From NCBI GenBank assembly GCA_040387615.1, contig JAZKDK010000021.1:72311-136310 (forward strand): a stretch of 64,000 bases of DNA, given 5' to 3'. Made by a program: the position numbers and the translations under genes. This document shows, piece by piece, positions 51,953 to 61,356 of this stretch; position 1 is the stretch's first letter, and every line of letters starts with the position of its first letter. A model generated the notes under the pieces. It made no database searches. It was not told the origin of the DNA and saw only the letters and a program-made list of their open reading frames with translations. The stretch is from Pseudomonadota bacterium. GTDB taxonomy: Bacteria; Pseudomonadota; Alphaproteobacteria; Rhizobiales; Xanthobacteraceae.

Positions 51953-53104
51953 TCATTCCCAGCTCAACGCGCCGCCATTCTGGTATTCGATAACGCGGGT
52001 CTCGAAGAAATTCTTCTCTTTCTTCAGGTCCATCGCCTCCGACATCCACGGGAACGGATTGTCCGTCTCATCGAACACCCGCGTGAGCCCAAGCTGGGCG
52101 CAGCGGCGGTTGGCAATGAAGTGCATATACTGTTCGCACAGCGCCGCGTTCAGGCCCAGGAATCCCCTCGGCATGGTGTCGCGGCTGTAGGCGGCTTCCA
52201 GTTCGGCGGCGTCACGGATCATGCCGCGCACCTCGTCCTGGAATTCGTGCGTCCACAGATGCGGGTTTTCCATCTTGATCTGGTTGATGACGTCGATACC
52301 GAAATTCAGGTGAATCGATTCGTCGCGCAGGATGTACTGATACTGCTCGGCGATGCCGACCATCTTGTTGCGGCGGCCGAGCGACAGGATCTGCGCAAAC
52401 CCGGTGTAGAACCACATCCCCTCGAAGATCACGTAAAACGCGACCAAATCGCGCAGGAACGCCTGATCCGACTCCGGGTCGCCGGTCTTGAAATCCGGGT
52501 TTTCAAGATTCTGCGTATGGTTCAGCGCCCACGCCGCCTTGTCGGTGATCGACGGCACCTCGCGGTACATATTGAACAGCTCGCCCTCGTCGAGGCCGAG
52601 ACTTTCGACGATGTACTGGAACGTGTGGGTGTGGACCGCCTCCTCGAATGCCTGCCGCAGCAGGTACTGGCGGCATTCGGGATTGGTCAGGTGACGGTAG
52701 ATCGCCAGCACGATGTTGTTGGCGACGAGACTTTCCGATGCCGCGAAGAATCCCAGGTTACGCTTGATGGCGCGGCGCTCGTCGTCGGTCAGGCCATCGC
52801 GCGACTTCCACAGCGCGATGTCGGCCTGCATCGAGACTTCGGTCGGCATCCAGTGGTTGTTGCAGCCGGCGAGATACTTCTCCCACGCCCATTTGTATTT
52901 CAGCGGCAGCAACTGATTGACGTCGGCGCGGCAGTTGATCATTGCCTTGTCGTCGACCGACACGCGGCCACCCTTGCGATCGATGGTGCCAAGCCCTGTT
53001 GGATCAAGGCCGGTTTGGTCAACTACTACGGATTCACCGGTCAAGATCGGCGGAAGTGTATTGATGGCTTTGTTCGGTGAAGTTTCGGACCAGTCGAGCA
53101 TCAT
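51953..53104 (-). CDS. nrdB: Ribonucleotide reductase beta subunit, class Ic (R2c, Mn/Fe)-type signature
   Basis: [43 protein letters not shown]; start set at ATG 53104. Confidence 0.95.
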   Translation of the reverse strand: MMLDWSETSPNKAINTLPPILTGESVVVDQTGLDPTGLGTIDRKGGRVSVDDKAMINCRADVNQLLPLKYKWAWEKYLAGCNNHWMPTEVSMQADIALWKSRDGLTDDERRAIKRNLGFFAASESLVANNIVLAIYRHLTNPECRQYLLRQAFEEAVHTHTFQYIVESLGLDEGELFNMYREVPSITDKAAWALNHTQNLENPDFKTGDPESDQAFLRDLVAFYVIFEGMWFYTGFAQILSLGRRNKMVGIAEQYQYILRDESIHLNFGIDVINQIKMENPHLWTHEFQDEVRGMIRDAAELEAAYSRDTMPRGFLGLNAALCEQYMHFIANRRCAQLGLTRVFDETDNPFPWMSEAMDLKKEKNFFETRVIEYQNGGALSWE

Positions 53105-53127
53105 CGTATTCCTTGTTTCGAGGCTGC

Positions 53128-56046
53128 TTACTGGCAAGCTTCACAGTCGGGATTGTCGATCGAGCACGCCACCACATCGGACAGGTCTGGCGCGGTTGAG
53201 GCCTGCGGGACGACGATCGGCTTGTTCACCGGCATGGAAGCGAGCGACGATGACGACACGGCATTGAGCTTCCCGTCGGTGCCCTTCAGCGTCGACTTCT
53301 CCACATGCGTGGCGCTGCGCGAGCGCAGGTAATAGGTCGTCTTCAGACCGCGCGTCCACGCCAGCCGGTATAATTGATCAAGCTTCTTGCCCGATGGATT
53401 GGCGATATAGAGATTGAGCGACTGCGCCTGATCGATCCATTTCTGTCGCCGCGCCGCCGCTTCGATCAGCCACGTGCTGTCGATCTCGAACGCCGTGGCA
53501 TAGAGCAATTTCAGATCGTCGGGGATGCGATCGATGGAGCCGACGCTGCCGTCGAAGTATTTCAGGTCGGAGACCATCACTTCATCCCACAGGCCGCGCT
53601 CCTTCAGGTCGCGGACGAGAAACTCGTTCACTTCAGTGAAATCGCCCGACATGTTCGATTTGACGTAGAGGTTCTGGTAGGCTGGCTCGATCGACTGCGC
53701 CACGCCGCAGATGTTGGAAATCGTCGCCGTCGGCGCGATCGCCATCACGTTGGAATTGCGCATGCCGGTGGATTGCACCCGCCCCCGCAAGGTCTTCCAG
53801 TCCAGCGTGGTGCTGCGGTCCATCTCAAGCCCCCCGCGTGCATCGGCGAGAATCTCGATGGAGTCGATCGGCAGGATACCCCTCGACCAGAGCGATCCGT
53901 TGAACGATGGATAGCTGCCGCGCTCAGCGGCCAGATCGACCGACGCCGAGATGGCATGGAAGGAAATTGCCTCCATGCTGGTGTCGGCAAAGGCCACCGC
54001 CTGATCCGACGCCATCGGGATTCGCAGCGCATGAAGCGCATCCTGGAAGCCCATCAGACCGAGACCGACCGGACGATGCTTGAGGTTCGAGCGGCGTGCT
54101 TCGGGGATGGTGTAGAAATTGATGTCGATGACGTTATCGAGCATCCGCATCGCGGTTGTGATCGTCCGCTTCAGCCGCGCATGATCGATACCGCCTTCGC
54201 CCACATGGTTGAGCAGGTTGACCGAACCGAGATTGCAGACCGCAACCTCATCGTCCGACGTGTTCAACGTGATCTCGGTGCAGAGATTCGACGAATGGAT
54301 GACGCCGACATGCTGCTGCGGCGAGCGCAGGTTGCACGGGTCCTTGAACGTGATCCACGGATGTCCGGTTTCGAACAGCATGGTCAGCATGCGGCGCCAC
54401 AGATCAGTGGCGCGCAGCTTCTTGAACACGCGCATTTCGCCGCGCGCAACCTTGTCTTCGTAGAAGGCGTAACGCTCGGCGAACGCCTTGCCGTAAAGGT
54501 CATGCAGATCCGGCGTCTCGTCCGGCGAGAACAGCGTCCATTCGCCGTCGGCCTCGACGCGCTGCATAAACAGATCCGGCACCCAGTTCGCGGTGTTCAT
54601 GTCGTGAGTGCGACGGCGGTCGTCGCCGGTGTTCTTTCGCAGATCGAGGAATTCCTCGATATCGACATGCCACGTCTCGAGATAGGCACAGACCGCGCCT
54701 TTGCGCTTGCCGCCCTGATTGACCGCAATTGCCGTGTCGTTGGCGACTTTCAGGAACGGCACCACGCCCTGACTTTCGCCGTTGGTGCCCTTGATGTGCG
54801 CGCCGAGGCCGCGCACGCGGGTCCAGTCGTTTCCGAGACCGCCGGAATATTTCGCCAGCAGGGCATTGTCCTTCACCGACTTGAAGATGCCGTCGAGATC
54901 GTCGGCCACCGTGGTGAGGAAGCAGGAGGACAATTGAGGACGCAGCGTGCCGGAATTGAACAGCGTCGGCGTCGACGCCATGAAGTCAAACGACGACAGC
55001 AGGTTGTAGAATTCGATGGCCCGCGCTTCGCGGTCGATCTCGCGGATCGCAAGGCCCATCGCGACGCGCATAAAGAACGCCTGCGGCAGCTCGATACGGT
55101 TGCCGTCGTCGTGCAGGAAATAGCGGTCGTACAGTGTCTGCAGACCGAGGAACTGGAACGACAGGTCACGCTCAGGCTTCAGCGCCGCGGCGATCCGCGT
55201 CAGGTCATAACGCGCCAGTTCTGGATCGAGCAGTTCGGCCGCGATTCCCTTTTTGACGTAAGCGGGGAAATACTCGACGTAACGCGCCGTCATATCCGCC
55301 TGCGTGGCGCTGATCGGCGTGCCGTGGACGAACGAGAGAACCTCAGTGCGCAGCTTGTCGAGCAGCAGCCGCGCGCTGACGTAAGCGTAGTTCGGCTCCT
55401 GCTCCACCAGCGTGCGCGCGGCCATGATCCCCGCGAGCGCCAGTTCGTCCTGGCTGATGCCGTCATAAAGATTGCGGCGGGTCTCTGCGAGAACGGGGGC
55501 GAAATCGACGCCGTCGAGATTTGCGCAAGCCTCCTGAATGATCAGCGTGAGGCGATCAACGTCGAGCGGCACGCGCGTGCCGTTGCCCAGCGTCACATGC
55601 AATAGCGGCCCGGATGATGTTTTTGCCGGCTTCGCAGCCTCCGCCTCGGCGCGCTGGCGCTGACGTTCGTCGCGGTACAGCACATAGGCACGGGCGACCT
55701 TGTGGTGTTCGCTGCGCATCAGCGCCAGTTCGACCTGATCCTGTACATCCTCAATGTGGAAGGTGCGCCCCTCGCCGATCCTGCGGGTCAGCGCACTCAC
55801 CACCTCGTTGGTCAGTTGCTCGATCACCTCGTGAATGCGGCGCGACGCTGCCGCGGTGTGCCCCTCAACGGCGAGGAACGCCTTGGTCATCGCGATCGAA
55901 ATCTTGCCGGCATCGAACGGCGAGACCGTGCCGTTGCGGCGGATGACCTGCAGCGGCGGCTCTGCGGCAGGGACGGCCAGCGACTCGGAACGCAACTGAA
56001 TGAGAGGAGCGGATTTGGCGGCTTCGCGTTCGAGAGAGAGTGACAT
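53128..56046 (-). CDS. nrdA: Class I ribonucleotide reductase alpha subunit with two N-terminal ATP-cone-like domains
   Basis: [36 protein letters not shown]-terminal [11 protein letters not shown]; start set at ATG 56046. Confidence 0.96.
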   Translation of the reverse strand: MSLSLEREAAKSAPLIQLRSESLAVPAAEPPLQVIRRNGTVSPFDAGKISIAMTKAFLAVEGHTAAASRRIHEVIEQLTNEVVSALTRRIGEGRTFHIEDVQDQVELALMRSEHHKVARAYVLYRDERQRQRAEAEAAKPAKTSSGPLLHVTLGNGTRVPLDVDRLTLIIQEACANLDGVDFAPVLAETRRNLYDGISQDELALAGIMAARTLVEQEPNYAYVSARLLLDKLRTEVLSFVHGTPISATQADMTARYVEYFPAYVKKGIAAELLDPELARYDLTRIAAALKPERDLSFQFLGLQTLYDRYFLHDDGNRIELPQAFFMRVAMGLAIREIDREARAIEFYNLLSSFDFMASTPTLFNSGTLRPQLSSCFLTTVADDLDGIFKSVKDNALLAKYSGGLGNDWTRVRGLGAHIKGTNGESQGVVPFLKVANDTAIAVNQGGKRKGAVCAYLETWHVDIEEFLDLRKNTGDDRRRTHDMNTANWVPDLFMQRVEADGEWTLFSPDETPDLHDLYGKAFAERYAFYEDKVARGEMRVFKKLRATDLWRRMLTMLFETGHPWITFKDPCNLRSPQQHVGVIHSSNLCTEITLNTSDDEVAVCNLGSVNLLNHVGEGGIDHARLKRTITTAMRMLDNVIDINFYTIPEARRSNLKHRPVGLGLMGFQDALHALRIPMASDQAVAFADTSMEAISFHAISASVDLAAERGSYPSFNGSLWSRGILPIDSIEILADARGGLEMDRSTTLDWKTLRGRVQSTGMRNSNVMAIAPTATISNICGVAQSIEPAYQNLYVKSNMSGDFTEVNEFLVRDLKERGLWDEVMVSDLKYFDGSVGSIDRIPDDLKLLYATAFEIDSTWLIEAAARRQKWIDQAQSLNLYIANPSGKKLDQLYRLAWTRGLKTTYYLRSRSATHVEKSTLKGTDGKLNAVSSSSLASMPVNKPIVVPQASTAPDLSDVVACSIDNPDCEACQ

Positions 56047-56170
56047 CGGCAGACCCCGTGCATGTTGCAATTTTTGGGGGCTTGGGCCGAGAGAACGCTG
56101 CATGACGACCGGCGTGCGCCAGCAATGCTGCAAGCGACCTCCGGACACCCCGCCCGTGGACGTTCTTTTG

Positions 56171-56372
56171 TGTCGCGGCAGGTCTCCTGACTCGCAGGTC
56201 GGCGCTGAATCCGGTCTTCCCGATGCGAAAACGCACCAGTGACATCGGTCGGATTCAACTCACTGCTTACAGTTGCGGGGGCAGCGCCGGATTTGCTGCA
56301 TCTAAGTGCAACTCACCGGCTTCCCATTTTCACCGCTAGGCCTTGCGGCTTTGCGAAACCTCGACGTCTACA
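56171..56372 (-). ncRNA. Cobalamin riboswitch upstream of nrdAB
   Basis: Minus strand AAAAUGGGAAGCCGGUG...AAAUCCGGCGCUGCCCCCGCAACUGUAA...GUCACUG...CGGGAAG...GAGUCAGGAGACCUGCC; ends approximate. Confidence 0.92.
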
Positions 56373-56380
56373 TCTGGTAG
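56365..56380. promoter_or_regulatory. Candidate NrdR box
   Basis: cgtCtAcATcTgGtag matches the conserved C-A-AT-T-G positions of the acaCwAtATaTwGtgt consensus, at the 5' end of the nrdA leader. Confidence 0.5.
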
Positions 56381-56644
56381 CGTTCGAGTGACGCTGTCAA
56401 GCACCAGTGGATGTGAATAACGGGACCAAAGCGACAAACGCGCGAAATGCTCAGCAAATCGCGGCAGATTTTTTTCTGGTGCGATGAGCAATGAGCACGC
56501 AACGCCTCGTGCAGCGGATGGCTCTCGGCGAATCGCCGTGCGCGGAATCTCATTTCGCCTCTGCCCACTCACCTCACCCGCGCATCCGGCACCAGTGTGG
56601 TGGGAAGCTTTCCCTTTGACCCGCCGGAGCGCGCTTCTCATAAC

Positions 56645-56845
56645 ATCAGCATCGCGGTTCTGCGGATCGGTGGTCCGGAGCCAAGAGGGAATGCGGTGCG
56701 CGCGATCCAGTTGGATTGCGCAAGTCCGAAGCTGCCCCCGCAACTGTAAGCGGCGAGCCTTTGTCCATCACTGCCACTGCGGCGCAAGCCGCGGGAAGGC
56801 CGGACTTAAGGCGTCGACCCGTGAGCCAGGAGACCTGCCGCGATT
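56645..56845 (+). ncRNA. Cobalamin riboswitch upstream of metE
   Basis: AAGAGGGAAUGCGGUG...AAGUCCGAAGCUGCCCCCGCAACUGUAA...GCCACUG...CGGGAAG...GAGCCAGGAGACCUGCC; ends approximate. Confidence 0.93.
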
Positions 56846-56957
56846 ACATAACGTCCACGGGCGGGGTGCCCCGGTGTGTCGCTTGCGAGAGGACGGCACC
56901 GCCGTCTCTGTTGTTCGCGCATGTCCGGCTCCTGCCCCAACATCACGGGGTTTTGCA

Positions 56958-59312
56958 ATGTCGGGTTTTGTTTCTGCTCCATCCATTCCTGTCGCCACGC
57001 TGGGCGTGCCGCGCATCGGTCCACGCCGCGAACTCAAAATGGCGTTGGAAAAATTCTGGTCCGGCAAGATCGACGCGGCCGCGTTGCGCGAGGCCGCTGC
57101 GAAAATTCGCACCGATAACTGGAAGCGCCAGCGCGATCTCGGCGTCACCGTGATCCCCTCGAATGATTTCTCGCTCTACGATCAGGTGCTCGATACCAGC
57201 GCCATGGTCGGCGCGATTCCGAAGATCTACGGCTGGACCGGTGGGCCGGTGTCGTTCGAGACCTATTTCGCGATGGCGCGCGGCAGCCAGAAGGACTTCT
57301 CTAATCAAGATTCGGGCGATCATGATGGCTGCACGCATGGTCATAGCCACAACCACGGCGTGCCCGCACAGGAAATGACCAAATGGTTCGACACCAACTA
57401 CCACTACATGGTGCCGGAATTCGCCAGGGATCAGACTTTCACTCTCGCCTCCACCAAGGCGATCGACGAATACCGCGAGGCCAAGGCACTCGGGATTCAG
57501 ACCCGGCCGGTGCTGGTCGGCCCCGTCACGTTCCTCAAGCTCGGCAAGGGCGAGAACCGGCTGTCGCTGTTGCCGAAGCTGCTGCCGGTTTACATCGAGG
57601 TGCTCAACAGGCTCGCCGCGGAAGGCGCGGACTGGGTGCAGATCGACGAGCCGTGTCTCGTCCTCGATCTCGACGCGGATGAAAAAGCTGCGCTGAAAAC
57701 GGCCTATAGCGAGTTCGCGCTGAAGGTCCCCGGTGTCAAGATCATGCTGGCGACCTACTTCGGCGAACTTGGCGACAACGCCGATCTCGTCACCAAATTT
57801 CCGGTGGCCGGGGTACATCTCGATCTGGTGCGCGGCAAAGGCCAGATCAATACGGTCTTGAGCAAGATGCCTGCGGATCGCGTGATCTCGCTGGGCGTGA
57901 TTGATGGCCGCAACATCTGGCGCGCGGATCTCACAAAGGTTCTCGATCTCGCCGGAAAGGCTATTGCGGTGCGCGGCGGCGCGGATCGTATCCAGATCGC
58001 GACGTCGTGCTCGATGCTGCACGTGCCAATTGATCTCGATCAGGAAACCGATCTCGATGCGGATCTGAAAAGCTGGCTCGCGTTCTCGGTGCAGAAGATG
58101 AGCGAACTGGCCGCGCTCAGCCACGCGCTGTCGTCGGGGCGTGAGTCCGTCAAAGATGTGTTTGCGGCCTCCGATGATGCCGCGAAGAAGCGCGCCTCCT
58201 CGCCGAAGATCCACAATCCGGCGGTGAAATCGCGTGCGGCGGAAAAATCCTCCGCGCTTTCGGAACGCAAGAGTGCGTTCAGCGCACGGCAGAAGCTTCA
58301 GAGCAAGGTGCTCGGCCTGCCCTCGTTCCCGACCACCACCATCGGCTCGTTCCCGCAGACCGAAGAGGTGCGCAAGGCGCGCGCGGCCCACACCAAAGGC
58401 CAGCTCAGCGACGCCGAGTATGATGCGTTCCTGCGCAAGGAAACCGAAAAAGCCGTACGCTGGCAGGAGGACATCGGCATCGACGTGCTGGTGCACGGCG
58501 AGTTCGAGCGCAACGACATGGTGCAGTATTTCGGCGAACAACTGTCGGGTTACGCCTTCACCAAACACGGCTGGGTGCAGAGCTACGGCTCGCGCTACGT
58601 TCGCCCGCCGATCATCTTTGGCGACGTGTCGCGCCCGAAGCCGATGACGGTCGGCTGGTCGTCCTACGCGCAGTCTCTCACTACGTTGCCGATGAAGGGC
58701 ATGCTCACCGGTCCGGTCACCATGCTGCAGTGGTCGTTCGTGCGCGACGACCTGTCGCGCGATCAGGTCTGCCGCCAGATCGCCTTCGCGCTGCGCGACG
58801 AGGTGACTGATCTCGAGAAGGCCGGCATCGGCGTGATCCAGATCGACGAGCCGGCGTTGCGCGAGGGTCTTCCGCTGCGCAAGGGCGACTGGAAGGCCTA
58901 TCTCGACTGGGCAGTGGACTGTTTCAAGGTTTCGCAAGCCGGCGTGAAGGACGAAACCCAGATCCACACCCACATGTGCTACGCCGAGTTCAATGACATC
59001 ATCGATGCCATCGGCGCGATGGACGCCGACGTGATCTCGATCGAGACCTCACGCTCGAAGATGGAACTGCTCGACGCCTTCGTGACTTACAAGTATCCGA
59101 ACGAAATCGGACCGGGTGTCTACGACATCCACTCGCCGCGCGTGCCGGAGGTGCCGGAAATGATGGAGCTGATCGGCAAGGCGCGCCGCAACCTGTCGCC
59201 GGACCAGATCTGGATCAATCCGGATTGCGGTCTCAAGACACGCGGCTGGCCGGAAGTCCGATCCGCGTTGACCAACATGGTCGAAGCGGCAAGGCAGGCG
59301 CGCGTGGCTTAG
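56958..59312 (+). CDS. metE: Cobalamin-independent methionine synthase
   Basis: PRIGPRRELK, EMTKWFDTNYHY, PTTTIGSFPQT, VHGEFERNDMV, IHTHMCY (Zn), GPGVYDIHSPR, NPDCGLKTR; start set at ATG 56958. Confidence 0.97.
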   Translation: MSGFVSAPSIPVATLGVPRIGPRRELKMALEKFWSGKIDAAALREAAAKIRTDNWKRQRDLGVTVIPSNDFSLYDQVLDTSAMVGAIPKIYGWTGGPVSFETYFAMARGSQKDFSNQDSGDHDGCTHGHSHNHGVPAQEMTKWFDTNYHYMVPEFARDQTFTLASTKAIDEYREAKALGIQTRPVLVGPVTFLKLGKGENRLSLLPKLLPVYIEVLNRLAAEGADWVQIDEPCLVLDLDADEKAALKTAYSEFALKVPGVKIMLATYFGELGDNADLVTKFPVAGVHLDLVRGKGQINTVLSKMPADRVISLGVIDGRNIWRADLTKVLDLAGKAIAVRGGADRIQIATSCSMLHVPIDLDQETDLDADLKSWLAFSVQKMSELAALSHALSSGRESVKDVFAASDDAAKKRASSPKIHNPAVKSRAAEKSSALSERKSAFSARQKLQSKVLGLPSFPTTTIGSFPQTEEVRKARAAHTKGQLSDAEYDAFLRKETEKAVRWQEDIGIDVLVHGEFERNDMVQYFGEQLSGYAFTKHGWVQSYGSRYVRPPIIFGDVSRPKPMTVGWSSYAQSLTTLPMKGMLTGPVTMLQWSFVRDDLSRDQVCRQIAFALRDEVTDLEKAGIGVIQIDEPALREGLPLRKGDWKAYLDWAVDCFKVSQAGVKDETQIHTHMCYAEFNDIIDAIGAMDADVISIETSRSKMELLDAFVTYKYPNEIGPGVYDIHSPRVPEVPEMMELIGKARRNLSPDQIWINPDCGLKTRGWPEVRSALTNMVEAARQARVA

Positions 59313-59332
59313 TAGACAACATCATCACAGGT

Positions 59333-59457
59333 CGTCATGGCCGGGCATAGCCGTTCGAAGAACGGCGTCGCTTCCGCTCGCCTATGACCCGGCCATCCAC
59401 GACTTAACTTCGATCACAGGCAAGGCGTGGATCACCGGGTCAAGCCCGGTGATGACG
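59333..59457. repeat. REP-like palindromic repeat, family A long variant with internal insert
   Basis: cgtcatggccgggc[atagccgttcgaagaacggcgtcgcttccgctcgcc]tatgacccggccatccacg...cgtggatcaccgggtcaagcccggtgatgacg. Confidence 0.82.
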
Positions 59458-59495
59458 ATTGAATGTGTTGAGAGGCAAGTCGCCTGAACGATAAC

Positions 59496-59888
59496 TTACT
59501 TTTTCTTCCCGTCCGCGGCGAACTGCTTGAGGTACGCGGTGAGATCCTTGATCTCGTCTTCCTTCTTGATGCCGGCGAATGCCATTTTGGTGCCCGGGAT
59601 CTTGGCCTTCGGGTCCTTGATGTATTCGGCGAATACCGCGTCATCCCAGGTAATGCCGGAATTTTTGTTGGCGTCGGTGTAGTTGTAACCGGCAACATTT
59701 CCGGACTTGCGGCCGAACAATCCGTTCAACTCAGGGCCCACGCTGTTCTTGGCGGTTTCACCGACCTGATGACAGGCGCGGCACTTGTTGAAGGACTTCT
59801 CACCCGCGGCAACGTCCTGAGCGTTGGCGGAAGTGGCAAAGCTGACAGCGGCAAGAGCGAGGGCGGCGACGAGCGAACGAGTCATCAT
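59496..59888 (-). CDS. Cytochrome c2/c550 family protein
   Basis: Signal peptide, KCRACH heme motif, GPELNGLFGR, PGTKMAFAG. Confidence 0.93.
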   Translation of the reverse strand: MMTRSLVAALALAAVSFATSANAQDVAAGEKSFNKCRACHQVGETAKNSVGPELNGLFGRKSGNVAGYNYTDANKNSGITWDDAVFAEYIKDPKAKIPGTKMAFAGIKKEDEIKDLTAYLKQFAADGKKK

Positions 59889-59978
59889 CTGGTTTACCTT
59901 TGAGGCGGGCAGGAAAGCTGGCAGGTGGGAGCGAGGGCTTGAGGCAAGACAACTTCAGGGCGAGAGCAAACAACGGAA

Positions 59979-60000
59979 ACCCGCCGCACCCGCGGCGGGT
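59979..60000 (-). terminator. Probable terminator after soxF
   Basis: 9-bp stem acccgccgc/gcggcgggt with 4-nt loop, followed by ttccgttgtttg on the minus strand. Confidence 0.55.
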
Positions 60001-60019
60001 TCCATGTATGATCAAAGCA

Positions 60020-61294
60020 TCAGGCAAACATATCGGCTGTAATTCCGGTGTACCAGCCCATGTTTTCCGCCTGCGTTTGCTTGCGCAGCGCGGCATCCTC
60101 GCCGGTCTTCGAGACGAAGGTGGATGAGGCCGTGATCTTGCCGTCCTTGGCTTCATAGGCGCCGCCGACCTTCACGCAGTCATCGGTGTCGATCAGGCTC
60201 CAGCAGGTGTTGGTGTAGCGCGCGGGGAACGTGCGCGCCGAGGCCAGTTCACCCCGGATCATCAAGGCGGCGACCTTGGCCTGGCTGTTCGCAGAGAACG
60301 CAGACTTCGGCATATCGCCCGCGATGCAGGCATCTCCGAGCACGTAGATGTTGGAATCGACGGACGACTTCATGTTCGCGGGATCAATCGCACAGAAGCC
60401 GCTGGCGTTGACGAGCGAGGCGTCCCGCGCGATCGCGCCGGCCATTTGCGCGGGAATGACGTTGACCAGCGCCGCGTTCTTGTAGGTTTCGAATCCGGTC
60501 ACCACGGTGTTGGTCTTGGGATCGACCGACTTCAATCCGTCGTGCACCTTCGGGCCGAGCCATTCCACCATGCCCTTGTAGTGCTTTTCCCAGCCTTCCT
60601 GAAACAGCGCCTGTTTGGAGAAGCTTTCCTTCGGATCGATGACGATGATCTTGGAGCGATCCTTGCGCGCTTTCTTCAGCGCATGGGCCATCATCGAGAC
60701 GCGCTCATAGGGGCCCGGCGGGCAGCGGTAGGGATTCGGCGGAGCGATCATCACGATGACGCCGCCGTTGGGCACAGCGTCAAGCCGCTTCTTCAGAAGC
60801 AGCGTCTGCGCGCCCGGCTTCCAGGCATGCGGCATCTTTTCTTCCGCAGCCTGCGACCAGCCCGGAACGGAATCGTATTTCAGATCGATGCCTGGCGAGA
60901 CCACGAGGCGATCGTAGGGCAGCTTCTTTCCGCTGGCGAGAATGACTTCCTTCTTGTCGCGATCGATCTTCAAAGCCCGGTCAGCGACGACAGTGACGCC
61001 CTGCTTCTTCAAGGCACCGTAGCCGTGCGTGATCGAGGGATAATCCCGGAAACCGCCGAGGTAGAGATTGCTGTGGAAGCAGGTCTGATACTTGGCGTTC
61101 GGCTCGACCAGCGTGACGGCAATTGCGCCAGCGCTGTCCTTGGCGATGTATTTCGCGGCGGTCACACCGCCCGCGCCGCCGCCGATCACCACAACGCGCG
61201 GCTTGCCCTGCCCGAGCACCGCAGGCGCGCCGAACATCATGACACCCGCGAACGATGCCGATCCCGAAATCAACTGCCGACGACTAATGCTCAT
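60020..61294 (-). CDS. soxF: Flavocytochrome c sulfide dehydrogenase, flavoprotein subunit (SoxF/FccB)
   Basis: Tat SRRQL leader, GGGAGG, YRCPPGPYER, GDAC...MPKSAFSANSQAK, NTCWS. Confidence 0.92.
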   Translation of the reverse strand: MSISRRQLISGSASFAGVMMFGAPAVLGQGKPRVVVIGGGAGGVTAAKYIAKDSAGAIAVTLVEPNAKYQTCFHSNLYLGGFRDYPSITHGYGALKKQGVTVVADRALKIDRDKKEVILASGKKLPYDRLVVSPGIDLKYDSVPGWSQAAEEKMPHAWKPGAQTLLLKKRLDAVPNGGVIVMIAPPNPYRCPPGPYERVSMMAHALKKARKDRSKIIVIDPKESFSKQALFQEGWEKHYKGMVEWLGPKVHDGLKSVDPKTNTVVTGFETYKNAALVNVIPAQMAGAIARDASLVNASGFCAIDPANMKSSVDSNIYVLGDACIAGDMPKSAFSANSQAKVAALMIRGELASARTFPARYTNTCWSLIDTDDCVKVGGAYEAKDGKITASSTFVSKTGEDAALRKQTQAENMGWYTGITADMFA

Positions 61295-61356
61295 GGTGTC
61301 CCTCCAGTATTCCTGATTGCAAAAATGGATTCAGCAGACCGGCCCGCACGGGCCTG

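Noticed and set aside
53374-55605. 743-aa plus-strand ORF, and similar long ORFs such as 56943-58973(-), 44890-46356(+), 6557-7855(-), 13084-14445(+) and 50520-51683(+)
   Set aside because: They lie antisense to well-supported genes and have no recognisable motifs; expected shadow ORFs in high-GC coding DNA
56401-56416. Possible second NrdR box (gcaccagtggatgtga)
   Set aside because: The flanks match but the central A-T-x-T positions do not, and the 36-nt spacing differs from the usual tandem arrangement
56484-56957. 158-codon in-frame 5' extension of metE through the riboswitch (and a 34-codon extension of nrdA)
   Set aside because: MetE homology starts near ATG 56958; the extension translates structured RNA with no protein-like features, so a stop-free stretch by chance is the simplest explanation
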